From assembly GCA_903828645.1 (NCBI GenBank), contig CAIKNA010000122.1, forward strand, positions 3,563 to 67,562: DNA of 64,000 nt, given 5' to 3'. The notes below the pieces were generated by a model that worked only from the letters and a program-made list of their open reading frames with translations, was not told the DNA's origin and did not search any database. Every line of letters starts with the position of its first letter. Position 1 is the first letter of the stretch. Shown in pieces: positions 54,182 through 62,156 of the stretch. The position numbers were made by a program, and so were the translations under genes. Source of the DNA: an uncultured Bacteroidales bacterium. Lineage in GTDB: Bacteria > Bacteroidota > Bacteroidia > Bacteroidales > FEN-979.

Positions 54182-56635
54182 TTAAATCTTTATCGAAACT
54201 CCGACGAGGAAATTGATCATTGCCTGGGGGAAGTAACCGTTGGACTCACCATAGGTGTTCCCAAGGTAGTAGGGGTATACCCAGGCGTTTGTTTCATATT
54301 TCCGGTTCAGGAGGTTGTTAACTGCAACGTTAAATCCTATCTCCTCAAAAAGTTTCGTTTTTACCGAATATGAGGCAAATAATCCGTTCACAAAGTATGC
54401 CTTCAGAGACCGTTCTTCATTGGAGGTGTTGTCGATATACTGTTTGCCGACATACTTCGAATTGAGCCCGAAGGAAAACTGCGGGACCGGATTGAAGGTG
54501 ATTACACTTCCTGCTGTGACCGCCGGAGAAAAGGAGAGGTTTGTTTTTCCAAGGGAGGTGCTCTGCTGGCCGGTGTAGATCCAGTCGGCCGTATAGAGGT
54601 CGACATACTGCGTGAAATCTTTGATCTTGTTGCTGCTGAGGGTCGCAGTGAGGTTCCAGGTGATCTTCTTCCTGAAAAACTCCATGGCGGTTGAGATTTC
54701 AATGCCCTGCCGGTAACTGTTCGGCACATTGACCATCACAGCCTCTCCCACATTGTTTATTTCACCGGTGAGCACCAGCTGGTTGTGATACGCCATGTAA
54801 TAGGCATTGGCTGCCAGGGTAAAACCGGGTATGCGAAATGTATACCCCAGTTCATAGTCATACAGGGTTTCGTAAGTTGGTTCCTTCCCTGGGTCGGCAT
54901 CTTTGTAATTATCCCTGCTCGGTTCGCGGTTTGCAACCCCAACGGAAAAATAGAGTTCGTGATGCTTTCCAGGTTCGAAGAAAATGCCTCCCTTGGGGTT
55001 GAAAAAATTAAAGAGATGCAACTGGTCAAGGGTTCGCAGGTTATCCAGGGTTCCCTCCATTTTGTAACTCACATAACGGTACTGAAGGTCGGCAAAGAGA
55101 TTCAGTTTCTTAAGAACCTGGAATGAGGCTTTGCCATAGATGTTGAAATCCTTTTTCAATCCGGTATTGTAATACCAGTTGCGGTCGTTGTCGCCGTTTG
55201 TTGCATATTCTGCCCAGATCACCTTGCCGTAATGCTGCCCGTAATACCGGTTCCATGCCCCTCCCAGGGTGGCTTTCAGCTTGTCGGGCAGGGTGTAGTT
55301 TGTGGAAAAGGTGATGCCGTAAAAATCATTGTCCATCATTTTACGGTTAACCAGGTTGGTTGTTGATATAGTATCATTGCTGATAATCACATTGTCGAGG
55401 CCATAATCGGAGAAAGCTGAGTTTGCCTGGTAATTTTCATAATACCCCTTCCCTTTGGTATAATGCAATGCCGTGCTGAAGCTCCAGTTTTTGGTCAGCA
55501 ATTGCGAGAATAGGAGCTGGTAGTGATCCTGCTGGTAATTGTCTGTCTGATTGTTATAATAAACCGTTTTGCCGTTTTTATCCACGTATTCACCGGCCGG
55601 ATTGTAGGTGCGGTTTGTGGCGAGCGAGTCTTTTGGAACTCCTTCCCAGGCCTGGTAGGTATGTTCGAAACCTGAAAAGGTTATCAGTTTTACGGTTGTA
55701 TTCTTTCCATAGTATCCTCCGGCGAAATAAAATGATTTCAGGTTTGAAAAAGCACGGTCTATGTATCCGTCGGAACGGATGTACGACAATCTGCCGTCAA
55801 CGCTGAATCTGTTTGTCATCAGCCCGGTTCCGAAGCGAAGGGTTGATTTGAAGGTGTTGTAGGATCCCCCGGAAAGGTTCAGTTCACCATAAGGATCCTG
55901 GTGCAGGTCGGAGGTGAGGAAATTGACAGAGGCTCCAAACGCCCCTGCGCCATTGGTTGATGTTCCCACCCCTCGCTGTATCTGGATGTTTTCGGTTGAA
56001 GAGGCCATGTCGGGAAGATCGACAAACCAGACCCCCTGCGATTCCGCATCATTCAGCGGGATCGAATTGATGGTGACATTGATCCGGGTGAGGTCGGTTC
56101 CGCGGATGTTAAAACAGGAATATCCCACCCCGTTGCCGGCATCGGAGGTGACCACCGTTGAGGGGCTGGTCTGGATCAGGTAAGGAATATCCTTGCCCAG
56201 GTTTGCGGTCCGGATCTCTTTGTTTGAGACGGTGGAGTAAGCGGTCGGGTACTTATCCCGGGCACGGGTGGCGATGATGTTGACCTCGTCGCCAAGCAGG
56301 GCGCTTCCTTCCATTTCGATGCGAAGCGTTGTGTCGTGGAGAATCGTCATCGTGGCATTGAATGTTTTAAACCCGATAAAAGATGCCCTGAAGGCGATAA
56401 CTCCCGGTTTTACACGGTCGAACCTGAACCGTCCGTTTCCATCGGAAACCGCCGATAATGAATTATTTCCGCTGGATAAGTGCGCCCCGGAAAGGGGTGT
56501 TCCCGCCTTTTTATCAATGATAATTCCGGAGATTGTCAATTGAGCCATCACAGTGCACTGAAACATAAGCAGCCCGTAAATGAGCACGACGGCAAACTTT
56601 CCATGCCTGAGGCATGGTTTGATTTTTGTATTCAT
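54182..56635 (-). CDS. TonB-dependent outer-membrane receptor with N-terminal carboxypeptidase-regulatory-like domain
   Basis: 817 aa. Signal peptide, CarbopepD_reg-like GIIIDKKAGTPLSGAHL, a plug domain, and a C-terminal beta-barrel ending in aromatic-rich strands. It is preceded by a TPP riboswitch. Confidence 0.88.
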   Translation of the reverse strand: MNTKIKPCLRHGKFAVVLIYGLLMFQCTVMAQLTISGIIIDKKAGTPLSGAHLSSGNNSLSAVSDGNGRFRFDRVKPGVIAFRASFIGFKTFNATMTILHDTTLRIEMEGSALLGDEVNIIATRARDKYPTAYSTVSNKEIRTANLGKDIPYLIQTSPSTVVTSDAGNGVGYSCFNIRGTDLTRINVTINSIPLNDAESQGVWFVDLPDMASSTENIQIQRGVGTSTNGAGAFGASVNFLTSDLHQDPYGELNLSGGSYNTFKSTLRFGTGLMTNRFSVDGRLSYIRSDGYIDRAFSNLKSFYFAGGYYGKNTTVKLITFSGFEHTYQAWEGVPKDSLATNRTYNPAGEYVDKNGKTVYYNNQTDNYQQDHYQLLFSQLLTKNWSFSTALHYTKGKGYYENYQANSAFSDYGLDNVIISNDTISTTNLVNRKMMDNDFYGITFSTNYTLPDKLKATLGGAWNRYYGQHYGKVIWAEYATNGDNDRNWYYNTGLKKDFNIYGKASFQVLKKLNLFADLQYRYVSYKMEGTLDNLRTLDQLHLFNFFNPKGGIFFEPGKHHELYFSVGVANREPSRDNYKDADPGKEPTYETLYDYELGYTFRIPGFTLAANAYYMAYHNQLVLTGEINNVGEAVMVNVPNSYRQGIEISTAMEFFRKKITWNLTATLSSNKIKDFTQYVDLYTADWIYTGQQSTSLGKTNLSFSPAVTAGSVITFNPVPQFSFGLNSKYVGKQYIDNTSNEERSLKAYFVNGLFASYSVKTKLFEEIGFNVAVNNLLNRKYETNAWVYPYYLGNTYGESNGYFPQAMINFLVGVSIKI

Positions 56636-56642
56636 GGTATTT

Positions 56643-56730
56643 CATTTTTCCTACGCCGGCATTACCCGGATCAGGTTATTGGGGTATAATCTCAGCCCTT
56701 GTTTTAAGGCACCCCCTGCGGAGAAGTATC
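56643..56730 (-). promoter_or_regulatory. TPP (THI-box) riboswitch
   Basis: The minus strand reads CGCAGGGGGUGCCUUAAAACAAGGGCUGAGAUUAUACCCCAAUAACCUGAUCCGGGUAAUGCCGGCGUAGGAAAAAUG. It has the conserved GGGGUGC, CUGAGA, ACCC, ACCUGAUC-GG-UAAUGCC-GCGUAGG-AA blocks and ends 8 nt before the receptor AUG. Confidence 0.85.
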
Positions 56731-56813
56731 GATGCAAAAATACAAAATACCGGAATAATGAAATAGCATAAGGGCAAAATAAATCACCTATCTTTGTATT
56801 TTAATCCAACGAT

Positions 56814-57239
56814 ATGAAACTTTTGATTATCAACGGCCCCAACCTGAACCTGCTGGGAACCAGGGAAACCGAAATATACGGGAGTCAGTCATTCGAGAGA
56901 TATCTGAAGAAATTGCGCAACCATTATCATGAAATTTCCATAGAATATTTTCAGAGCAACATTGAGGGTGAAATGATCAATGCCATGCAACATGCGGGGT
57001 TTCTCTACGACGGGATCATCATCAATGCGGGAGGGTACACCCATACATCCGTTGCCCTTGCGGATGCAGTAAAAGCGATTAAAATCCCGGTGGTTGAAGT
57101 TCATATTTCCAACACTTTTGCTCGGGAATCTTTCAGGCACATTTCGTACCTGGGTGCCTATGTAACAGGGAGCATCATTGGGTTTGGGATGGAATCGTAC
57201 AGGCTTGCCATCGAAAGCCTCATCACCAAAATAGCGTAA
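56814..57239 (+). CDS. aroQ: type II 3-dehydroquinate dehydratase
   Basis: 141 aa. INGPNLNLLGTRE, INAGGYTHTSVA, EVHISN. Confidence 0.93.
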   Translation: MKLLIINGPNLNLLGTRETEIYGSQSFERYLKKLRNHYHEISIEYFQSNIEGEMINAMQHAGFLYDGIIINAGGYTHTSVALADAVKAIKIPVVEVHISNTFARESFRHISYLGAYVTGSIIGFGMESYRLAIESLITKIA

Positions 57240-57243
57240 ATTA

Positions 57244-58266
57244 TCAGCTGGAATAAAAATATTTCACATTTAACTGTGAAAACTTCCGTTTGCCCCTGAG
57301 ATAATATTCCACCACGATATTCTTCCCATAAACATCCTGCATGGATCCATGTTTCAGGGATTTTCTTTTCTGTTTTGTTTTTCCAAATGAACGGTAGAAA
57401 CTTAAGTGTGCGCGGGTTACAGCCCAGAAATCCCTGAAACCGGCCTGGAAGAGGAATTTGAAAGCGGCAATGGTGTCGAGCAGGTAACGTACTGCAAAAA
57501 CCCTGACAAGGCGGTCGTCGGGGAGGTTTTTATAGAGAAGGAAGAAATTATTACGGAAGTTCAGGTAGGTCTTGCGCCAGGAGGCCTTCGGCAAGGTCCC
57601 TCCGCCAATGTGAAAAACGGTGGAATCCGGACAATACATGATTTTATAGCCATTGTTTTTCAACCGCCAGCAAAAGTCAATCTCCTCCATGTGGGCGAAA
57701 AAATCTTCGTCCAATCCACCATACTGGTGAAACAGGCTGGCCTTTACAAACATGCATGCGCCGGTTGCCCAGAAAATTTCACAAACATCGTCGTATTGCC
57801 CGTAATCCTCCTCGATGGAGAGGAAAATACGCCCCCTGCAGAATGGATAGCCGTATTTGTCGATGAATCCCCCGGCTGCACCGGCATATTCGAATTTCTT
57901 TGGTTCAAGATACGAACGGATTTTAGGCTGGCAGGCTGCGATCAGTTCATCCTGCCCCATCAGTTCGATGACCGGAGTGATCCAGTTTTCGGTAACTTCA
58001 ATATCTGAATTAAGCAGGATATAATAGTCAGATTTCACCTGGCTGAGGGCAAGATTATAGCCTCGGGCAAAACCCCCATTATCAGCATTCTGAATGATAC
58101 GGATACCTGGGTAGGAGGATTTGAGGAAAGCAACTGAATCGTCGGTTGATGCATTATCGGCTACGATGATCTCTGCTTCGTCTTTGCTGTATTGAATAAG
58201 TGCAGGAAGAAACTTCTCAAGGTATTTCCTTCCGTTCCAATTCAAAATAATAACAGCAACATGCAT
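57244..58266 (-). CDS. family-2 glycosyltransferase
   Basis: 340 aa. VAVIILNWNG, VADNASTDDS, LLNSDIEV, DEDFFAHMEEIDFCWR. Confidence 0.88.
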   Translation of the reverse strand: MHVAVIILNWNGRKYLEKFLPALIQYSKDEAEIIVADNASTDDSVAFLKSSYPGIRIIQNADNGGFARGYNLALSQVKSDYYILLNSDIEVTENWITPVIELMGQDELIAACQPKIRSYLEPKKFEYAGAAGGFIDKYGYPFCRGRIFLSIEEDYGQYDDVCEIFWATGACMFVKASLFHQYGGLDEDFFAHMEEIDFCWRLKNNGYKIMYCPDSTVFHIGGGTLPKASWRKTYLNFRNNFFLLYKNLPDDRLVRVFAVRYLLDTIAAFKFLFQAGFRDFWAVTRAHLSFYRSFGKTKQKRKSLKHGSMQDVYGKNIVVEYYLRGKRKFSQLNVKYFYSS

Positions 58267-58268
58267 TC

Positions 58269-58393
58269 AATTAAAAATTAAAAATTACGACAAATGCCAC
58301 CATCTCCTGCCCGTCACGCGTCACGTCTCACCTCTTCTCCGCCGTAAAAGTACAAATAATGCCCCGTAATTTTTAATTTTTTAATTTTTAATT
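58269..58393. repeat. 125-bp intergenic element: AT-only heptamer-repeat inverted arms flanking a C-rich core
   Basis: Left arm aattaaaaattaaaaattacg (58269-58289). Right arm cgtaatttttaattttttaatttttaatt (58365-58393), its reverse complement plus one extra unit. The core contains cgtcacg cgtcacg tctcacc. Confidence 0.8.
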
Positions 58394-59861
58394 AGTTCGG
58401 CAGTTCCCAATAATCCGACTGCATATCCCCCCAGGAATTGATGACCTGGGTTTCCTGGAGGTCGAGGGTGGAATAGATGCGGTTGCGCAGGTCGATCTGC
58501 CAGCGGGGATTATTTACTTCGCCCGTTGCATCAGAATGGAGCAGGATGAAGTCGCTGGTAACCATATCAGGGGAGTAAAAGACAAATTTTCTGTTCCGCT
58601 GGTTGTTACTCATGGTGTAATATTGCCAGATTTCGTATGGGTAATTGCTTGGCTCGACATTTTGCGTGCTCCGGGTGTTGGGGGGGCCATATTGAAGGTA
58701 AACCCTTCCACGGTCGGTCTGATACCCTTTTTTAATCGGGGTGCCGAAATTGACCTGCACTTTATAAACCTGTTCCTTGTATGATTTCCATGCCAACTCG
58801 GGGCTTTTCTGATCACGGTTTACCCAGAAACTATAAAAAAACTGCTGCATTGTTTTAAGGTCAGCTTTTTTAAGAGGTTCGCGGATAAATGACTTTTCAA
58901 GGCCGGTGGCCACCGGGTAGCTACTGTTGATAAACTCCCTGAGCGTATCAGCGTTGCTTATTTGTTCGGCAAAGGTGTTGGCAATCTCCGTGGAGCCCAG
59001 GTCGGATAGCGATATTTGTGCTGCCGGATTCATCCTTTGAAAAAACATCTTTTTCGATGCCACCAGCTCATTTTGCTGGTTTCTGGCTTCCACAACCAGG
59101 TTGTAATTTCCGGATGGCAGGTTTTCTATGGACATTTCCGAAAGCAGAACGGACACTGCCTTTGGATTCTCTTTTTTAACTTTTGAATAGGAGTTCAGCC
59201 TTAAATTGCTTTCAAATGACTCAAGGTAATAGGAGAGGAGGTATTTCTGATCCTGGGCGATTACCTTGTCCATATCGTATAATTCACAGTAAAAGGTCAT
59301 TTTGGCCTCTTTTTCCGGGAAAAACGTAAAGGTATAGGGAACAAGGTCATAACCGCTCTTGGTCAGTACAGTGGGAGCGGGCGATTTTGTAAAGGACTTT
59401 ACGAGTTCGATTCCCGAGAAGGAGGGTTTCCCTGCCGGAAAATCAATGGCAATGTTCTGGCTGTATGGCAGGGCAGGGGCACTCTTGTTTTTATCTGCAA
59501 GCTGGATCTCAAAATCATAGGTGCCGTTTGGGATGGCAAATCTTTGCTGATCGATGAACTGGAAATTCACATCCAGGGTATCATTAAGTTCTGAGGTGTT
59601 AAGCTCATATTTTTTAAAAGCCTTGATGTCATTGCCCTGTTTAAAGGTCATCAGGATGTTGATTGTCGCCCGGAATTTTCCCTTGTCATTTTTAACGAAT
59701 TTCACACTGTTTGCGGCCACCGACAGGTAGGTTTCGATGTAGGGACCGTCCGGTGAATTAAATGTAGAATAGCTCAGGAATGCCCAGAGGTTCCTGGCCT
59801 GGACGTTATATCCGGGGAGTGAGAGAATCAAAACGAAAACCAGAGGAAATATTTTTTTCAT
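58392..59861 (-). CDS. GWxTD-domain protein
   Basis: 489 aa with a signal peptide. The C-terminal block KKGYQTDRGRVYLQYGPP...YPYEIWQY is a GWxTD-type motif with Y in place of W. Confidence 0.75.
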   Translation of the reverse strand: MKKIFPLVFVLILSLPGYNVQARNLWAFLSYSTFNSPDGPYIETYLSVAANSVKFVKNDKGKFRATINILMTFKQGNDIKAFKKYELNTSELNDTLDVNFQFIDQQRFAIPNGTYDFEIQLADKNKSAPALPYSQNIAIDFPAGKPSFSGIELVKSFTKSPAPTVLTKSGYDLVPYTFTFFPEKEAKMTFYCELYDMDKVIAQDQKYLLSYYLESFESNLRLNSYSKVKKENPKAVSVLLSEMSIENLPSGNYNLVVEARNQQNELVASKKMFFQRMNPAAQISLSDLGSTEIANTFAEQISNADTLREFINSSYPVATGLEKSFIREPLKKADLKTMQQFFYSFWVNRDQKSPELAWKSYKEQVYKVQVNFGTPIKKGYQTDRGRVYLQYGPPNTRSTQNVEPSNYPYEIWQYYTMSNNQRNRKFVFYSPDMVTSDFILLHSDATGEVNNPRWQIDLRNRIYSTLDLQETQVINSWGDMQSDYWELPN

Positions 59862-59993
59862 GGAGGTCAGGTTTTAGGAACAGTTTGTGTTAACACACTA
59901 CAAAGATAGGGCTGACACGTTGAAATTGCAAGGAAAATCGGTAAATCAGTCAAATGCGCGGGTGAAATGAGCCGGGTAATTGGTTTGATAATT

Positions 59994-60024
59994 TTTGGCA
60001 GTCTCCAAAAAATATGTAATTTTG
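59994..60024 (+). promoter_or_regulatory. Bacteroidota-type promoter for tRNA-Ser (TTTG-19 nt-TAATTTTG)
   Basis: TTTG at 59994-59997 and TAATTTTG at 60017-60024, 5 nt before the tRNA 5' end. Confidence 0.5.
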
Positions 60025-60029
60025 CCCAC

Positions 60030-60114
60030 GGAGAGATGGCAGAGTGGTCGATTGCGGCGGTCTTGAAAACCGTTGACCTGCAAGGGTCCGGGGGTTCGAA
60101 TCCCTCTCTCTCCG
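60030..60114 (+). tRNA. tRNA-Ser (anticodon UGA)
   Basis: Hand fold of GGAGAGA-..-GCGGT CTTGAAA ACCGT-long variable arm-GGGGG TTCGAAT CCCTC-TCTCTCC-G, with a perfect acceptor stem. Confidence 0.88.
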
Positions 60115-60223
60115 CAGATAACCTTCGCTAATGCACTGTTTACAGTCTTTTGCGAAGGTTTTTTTTCCACGCACACATATACACACATTGTTTGGATCAA
60201 AAGGAACTTCTGGGGGGAAGGGA

Positions 60224-60265
60224 ATTTCGGATTTCACATTTCAGATTTCACATCTCACATTCAAT
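60224..60265. repeat. degenerate heptanucleotide tandem repeat (ATTTCAC)x6
   Basis: atttcgg atttcac atttcag atttcac atctcac attcaat, located 110 nt downstream of tRNA-Ser. Confidence 0.8.
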
Positions 60266-60272
60266 GTATTAA

Positions 60273-60735
60273 CCCCCTCTCTTTTATGTCACAACCCTGA
60301 TTAACCATAAACAAGTATGGACACAATGGGAAATTGACGAAAACCTGTTTTGGCTTGATTATCTGATATGTATCAACTTACTTGATACTACCAAAACAAA
60401 GAAAATCTATTCGGAGGTTGACAACTGGTGAGATTGTTCAATGCGATAAAATCAAAGATGAAGATAAATTTGGGGGTAAAACCTATGAACCAACTGAGAT
60501 AGCTATAAGATTCAAATACAGTTTGGTCACAATCCACTGTTTCCCAAATGGCAATGGACGGCATGCCCGATTGTGTGCTGATATCCTAATCAGGCAAATG
60601 AATGGTCAGGATGGCTTCACCTGGGGAAGCGAAAACCTATATCAGGAAGGTGAATTACGATCAGCATACATCAATGCACTAAAACTGGCTGATGCTGGTG
60701 ATTACAAGCCATTAATTGAATTTGCCTGTTCTTAA
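60273..60735 (+). pseudogene. decayed Fic-domain gene (mobile mystery protein B-like): N-terminally truncated and frameshifted
   Basis: The 60382-60735 frame carries the Fic motif HCFPNGNGRHAR and the C-terminus ..YINALKLADAGDYKPLIEF. An upstream piece in another frame (60273-60428, ..WEIDENLFWLDYL..TKTKKIYSEVDNW*) ends at a TGA at 60429-60431. The only start for the C-terminal piece is TTG. Confidence 0.55.
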
Positions 60736-60745
60736 TAAACGCTTA

Positions 60746-62125
60746 TTACTGCTTCACAAACTTGCCCACCTCAACCGTCCTTTCACCCATCACCCGCACA
60801 ATATAAACCCCTTTTGATAAAGTGCTGATGTCAAGTTGCGTTTTGGGCTCGGTGATTTGGCGACTTATCAGTTTCTGACCTTCTAAATTAACAATGGACA
60901 CATCTTTTTCTGTGGTTGCCCCTGATAATTCAAATGTAATTTCATTTGTCGCCGGGTTTGGATAAAATGATAGTTGTGGTCGATGCAGTTGATTAATTCC
61001 AGCAGGGGCATTATAATACATTACACTGGCTTTATTGGAACTCTGAAAATCTTCAAATGATACATAGGGTTGACCTGACGGACTAAAGGCAAGGCTTGGA
61101 TAGGCAGAATTTCCGAGTGAAAACCCTGCCATACCAACGACACCCCAACTTGGGTCATTAAATTTCATCACTGTTACGGCAACATAATTACCGTAATCCA
61201 TATAAGCAATATAAAGTTCTCCACTTGGATTGAAAACGAGGTTAATATAATCGGCTTCTCCTGCTGAAAAACCCGCTGGCCCAACAGTTATCCAATTGGT
61301 CCCATCAAATTTCATAACAGTTGATTTATAGGAATTTGCCTTGTCCTGATATGCCAAGTAGGGTTGACCAGTAGGGCTGATGGCAATATCTTCATAATAC
61401 GCTTCGCCTGCAGAGAAACCTGCATTTCCAACATTCATCCAATTGGTTCCATCAAATTTCATTACTGTGGCTTTATATGAATTACCTTGGTCTTTAAATG
61501 CAATATAGGGTTGACCAACTGTGTTGAATGCGATGCTTGTATACATAACCATTCCAGCCGAAAAACCCGCTGTGCCGACGTAGACCCAATTAGTTCCATT
61601 ATATTTCATTACTGAAGCGTGCTGAGCATTTCCCCAATCGCTGAACGCTACGTAGGGATGATCATCAGTTGGGCAAAACGCAAGGCTTATAAACATAGCG
61701 GTCGCTTGTGAGAACCCTGCGGCACCTTCATACACCCAGTTGGTTCCATCAAATTTCATTACCGTTGCTTTATTGGTAGTCCAATCCTGATATGCCACAT
61801 ACGGCTGACCAGATGAACTAAAGGCAAGGTTAATGTAATCAGCTTCACCTGCCGAGAAACCCGGTAATCCGACGGTTACCCAATTGGTTCCATCAAATTT
61901 CAATACCGTTACTTTTTTCTGATTTGCATTATCTGAATAAGCCACATACGGTTTACCATCAGACGGGTTGAATGCGAGACTTGTGTAATAAGCCTGTCCT
62001 GCCGAGAAACCTGCATCTCCAACATACTTCCACATATAACCCAATGGGGAAGGTACGTAACACCCTGTTTGGGCATAGACAAAGGCTGGAAGGAAAAAAA
62101 TCAAAAAGAAAAAGAGTTTTTTCAT
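60746..62125 (-). CDS. T9SS cargo: seven ~47-aa tandem repeats (probable beta-propeller) plus C-terminal sorting domain
   Basis: 459 aa with a signal peptide. Repeat consensus W..VG.AGFS.G.A.Y.SLAF.P.G.PYVAY.D..N..KATVMKFDGTN. The CTD reads LSFYPNPATNEITF...GVYIVRVMGERTVEVGKFVKQ. Confidence 0.8.
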   Translation of the reverse strand: MKKLFFFLIFFLPAFVYAQTGCYVPSPLGYMWKYVGDAGFSAGQAYYTSLAFNPSDGKPYVAYSDNANQKKVTVLKFDGTNWVTVGLPGFSAGEADYINLAFSSSGQPYVAYQDWTTNKATVMKFDGTNWVYEGAAGFSQATAMFISLAFCPTDDHPYVAFSDWGNAQHASVMKYNGTNWVYVGTAGFSAGMVMYTSIAFNTVGQPYIAFKDQGNSYKATVMKFDGTNWMNVGNAGFSAGEAYYEDIAISPTGQPYLAYQDKANSYKSTVMKFDGTNWITVGPAGFSAGEADYINLVFNPSGELYIAYMDYGNYVAVTVMKFNDPSWGVVGMAGFSLGNSAYPSLAFSPSGQPYVSFEDFQSSNKASVMYYNAPAGINQLHRPQLSFYPNPATNEITFELSGATTEKDVSIVNLEGQKLISRQITEPKTQLDISTLSKGVYIVRVMGERTVEVGKFVKQ

Positions 62126-62156
62126 TGTATACCAATATTTACGATTAGTAAGAGAT

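Noticed and set aside
3104-60265. Could any of the tandem repeats be a CRISPR array?
   Set aside because: The units are 7-14 bp with no unique spacers between them, the arrays are under 60 bp, and no cas genes are in the window.
60271-60283. ccctctct downstream of tRNA-Ser resembling the tRNA 3' end (tccctctctctcc): possible att-site direct repeat
   Set aside because: Only 8-9 nt match, within pyrimidine-rich low-complexity sequence. That is too short to distinguish from chance without the other island boundary.
59946-60300. ORFs 59946-60200(-), 59950-60237(-) and 60073-60300(+)
   Set aside because: They overlap tRNA-Ser and the heptamer array, and they have no motifs. They are artefacts of stop-poor structured or repeat DNA.
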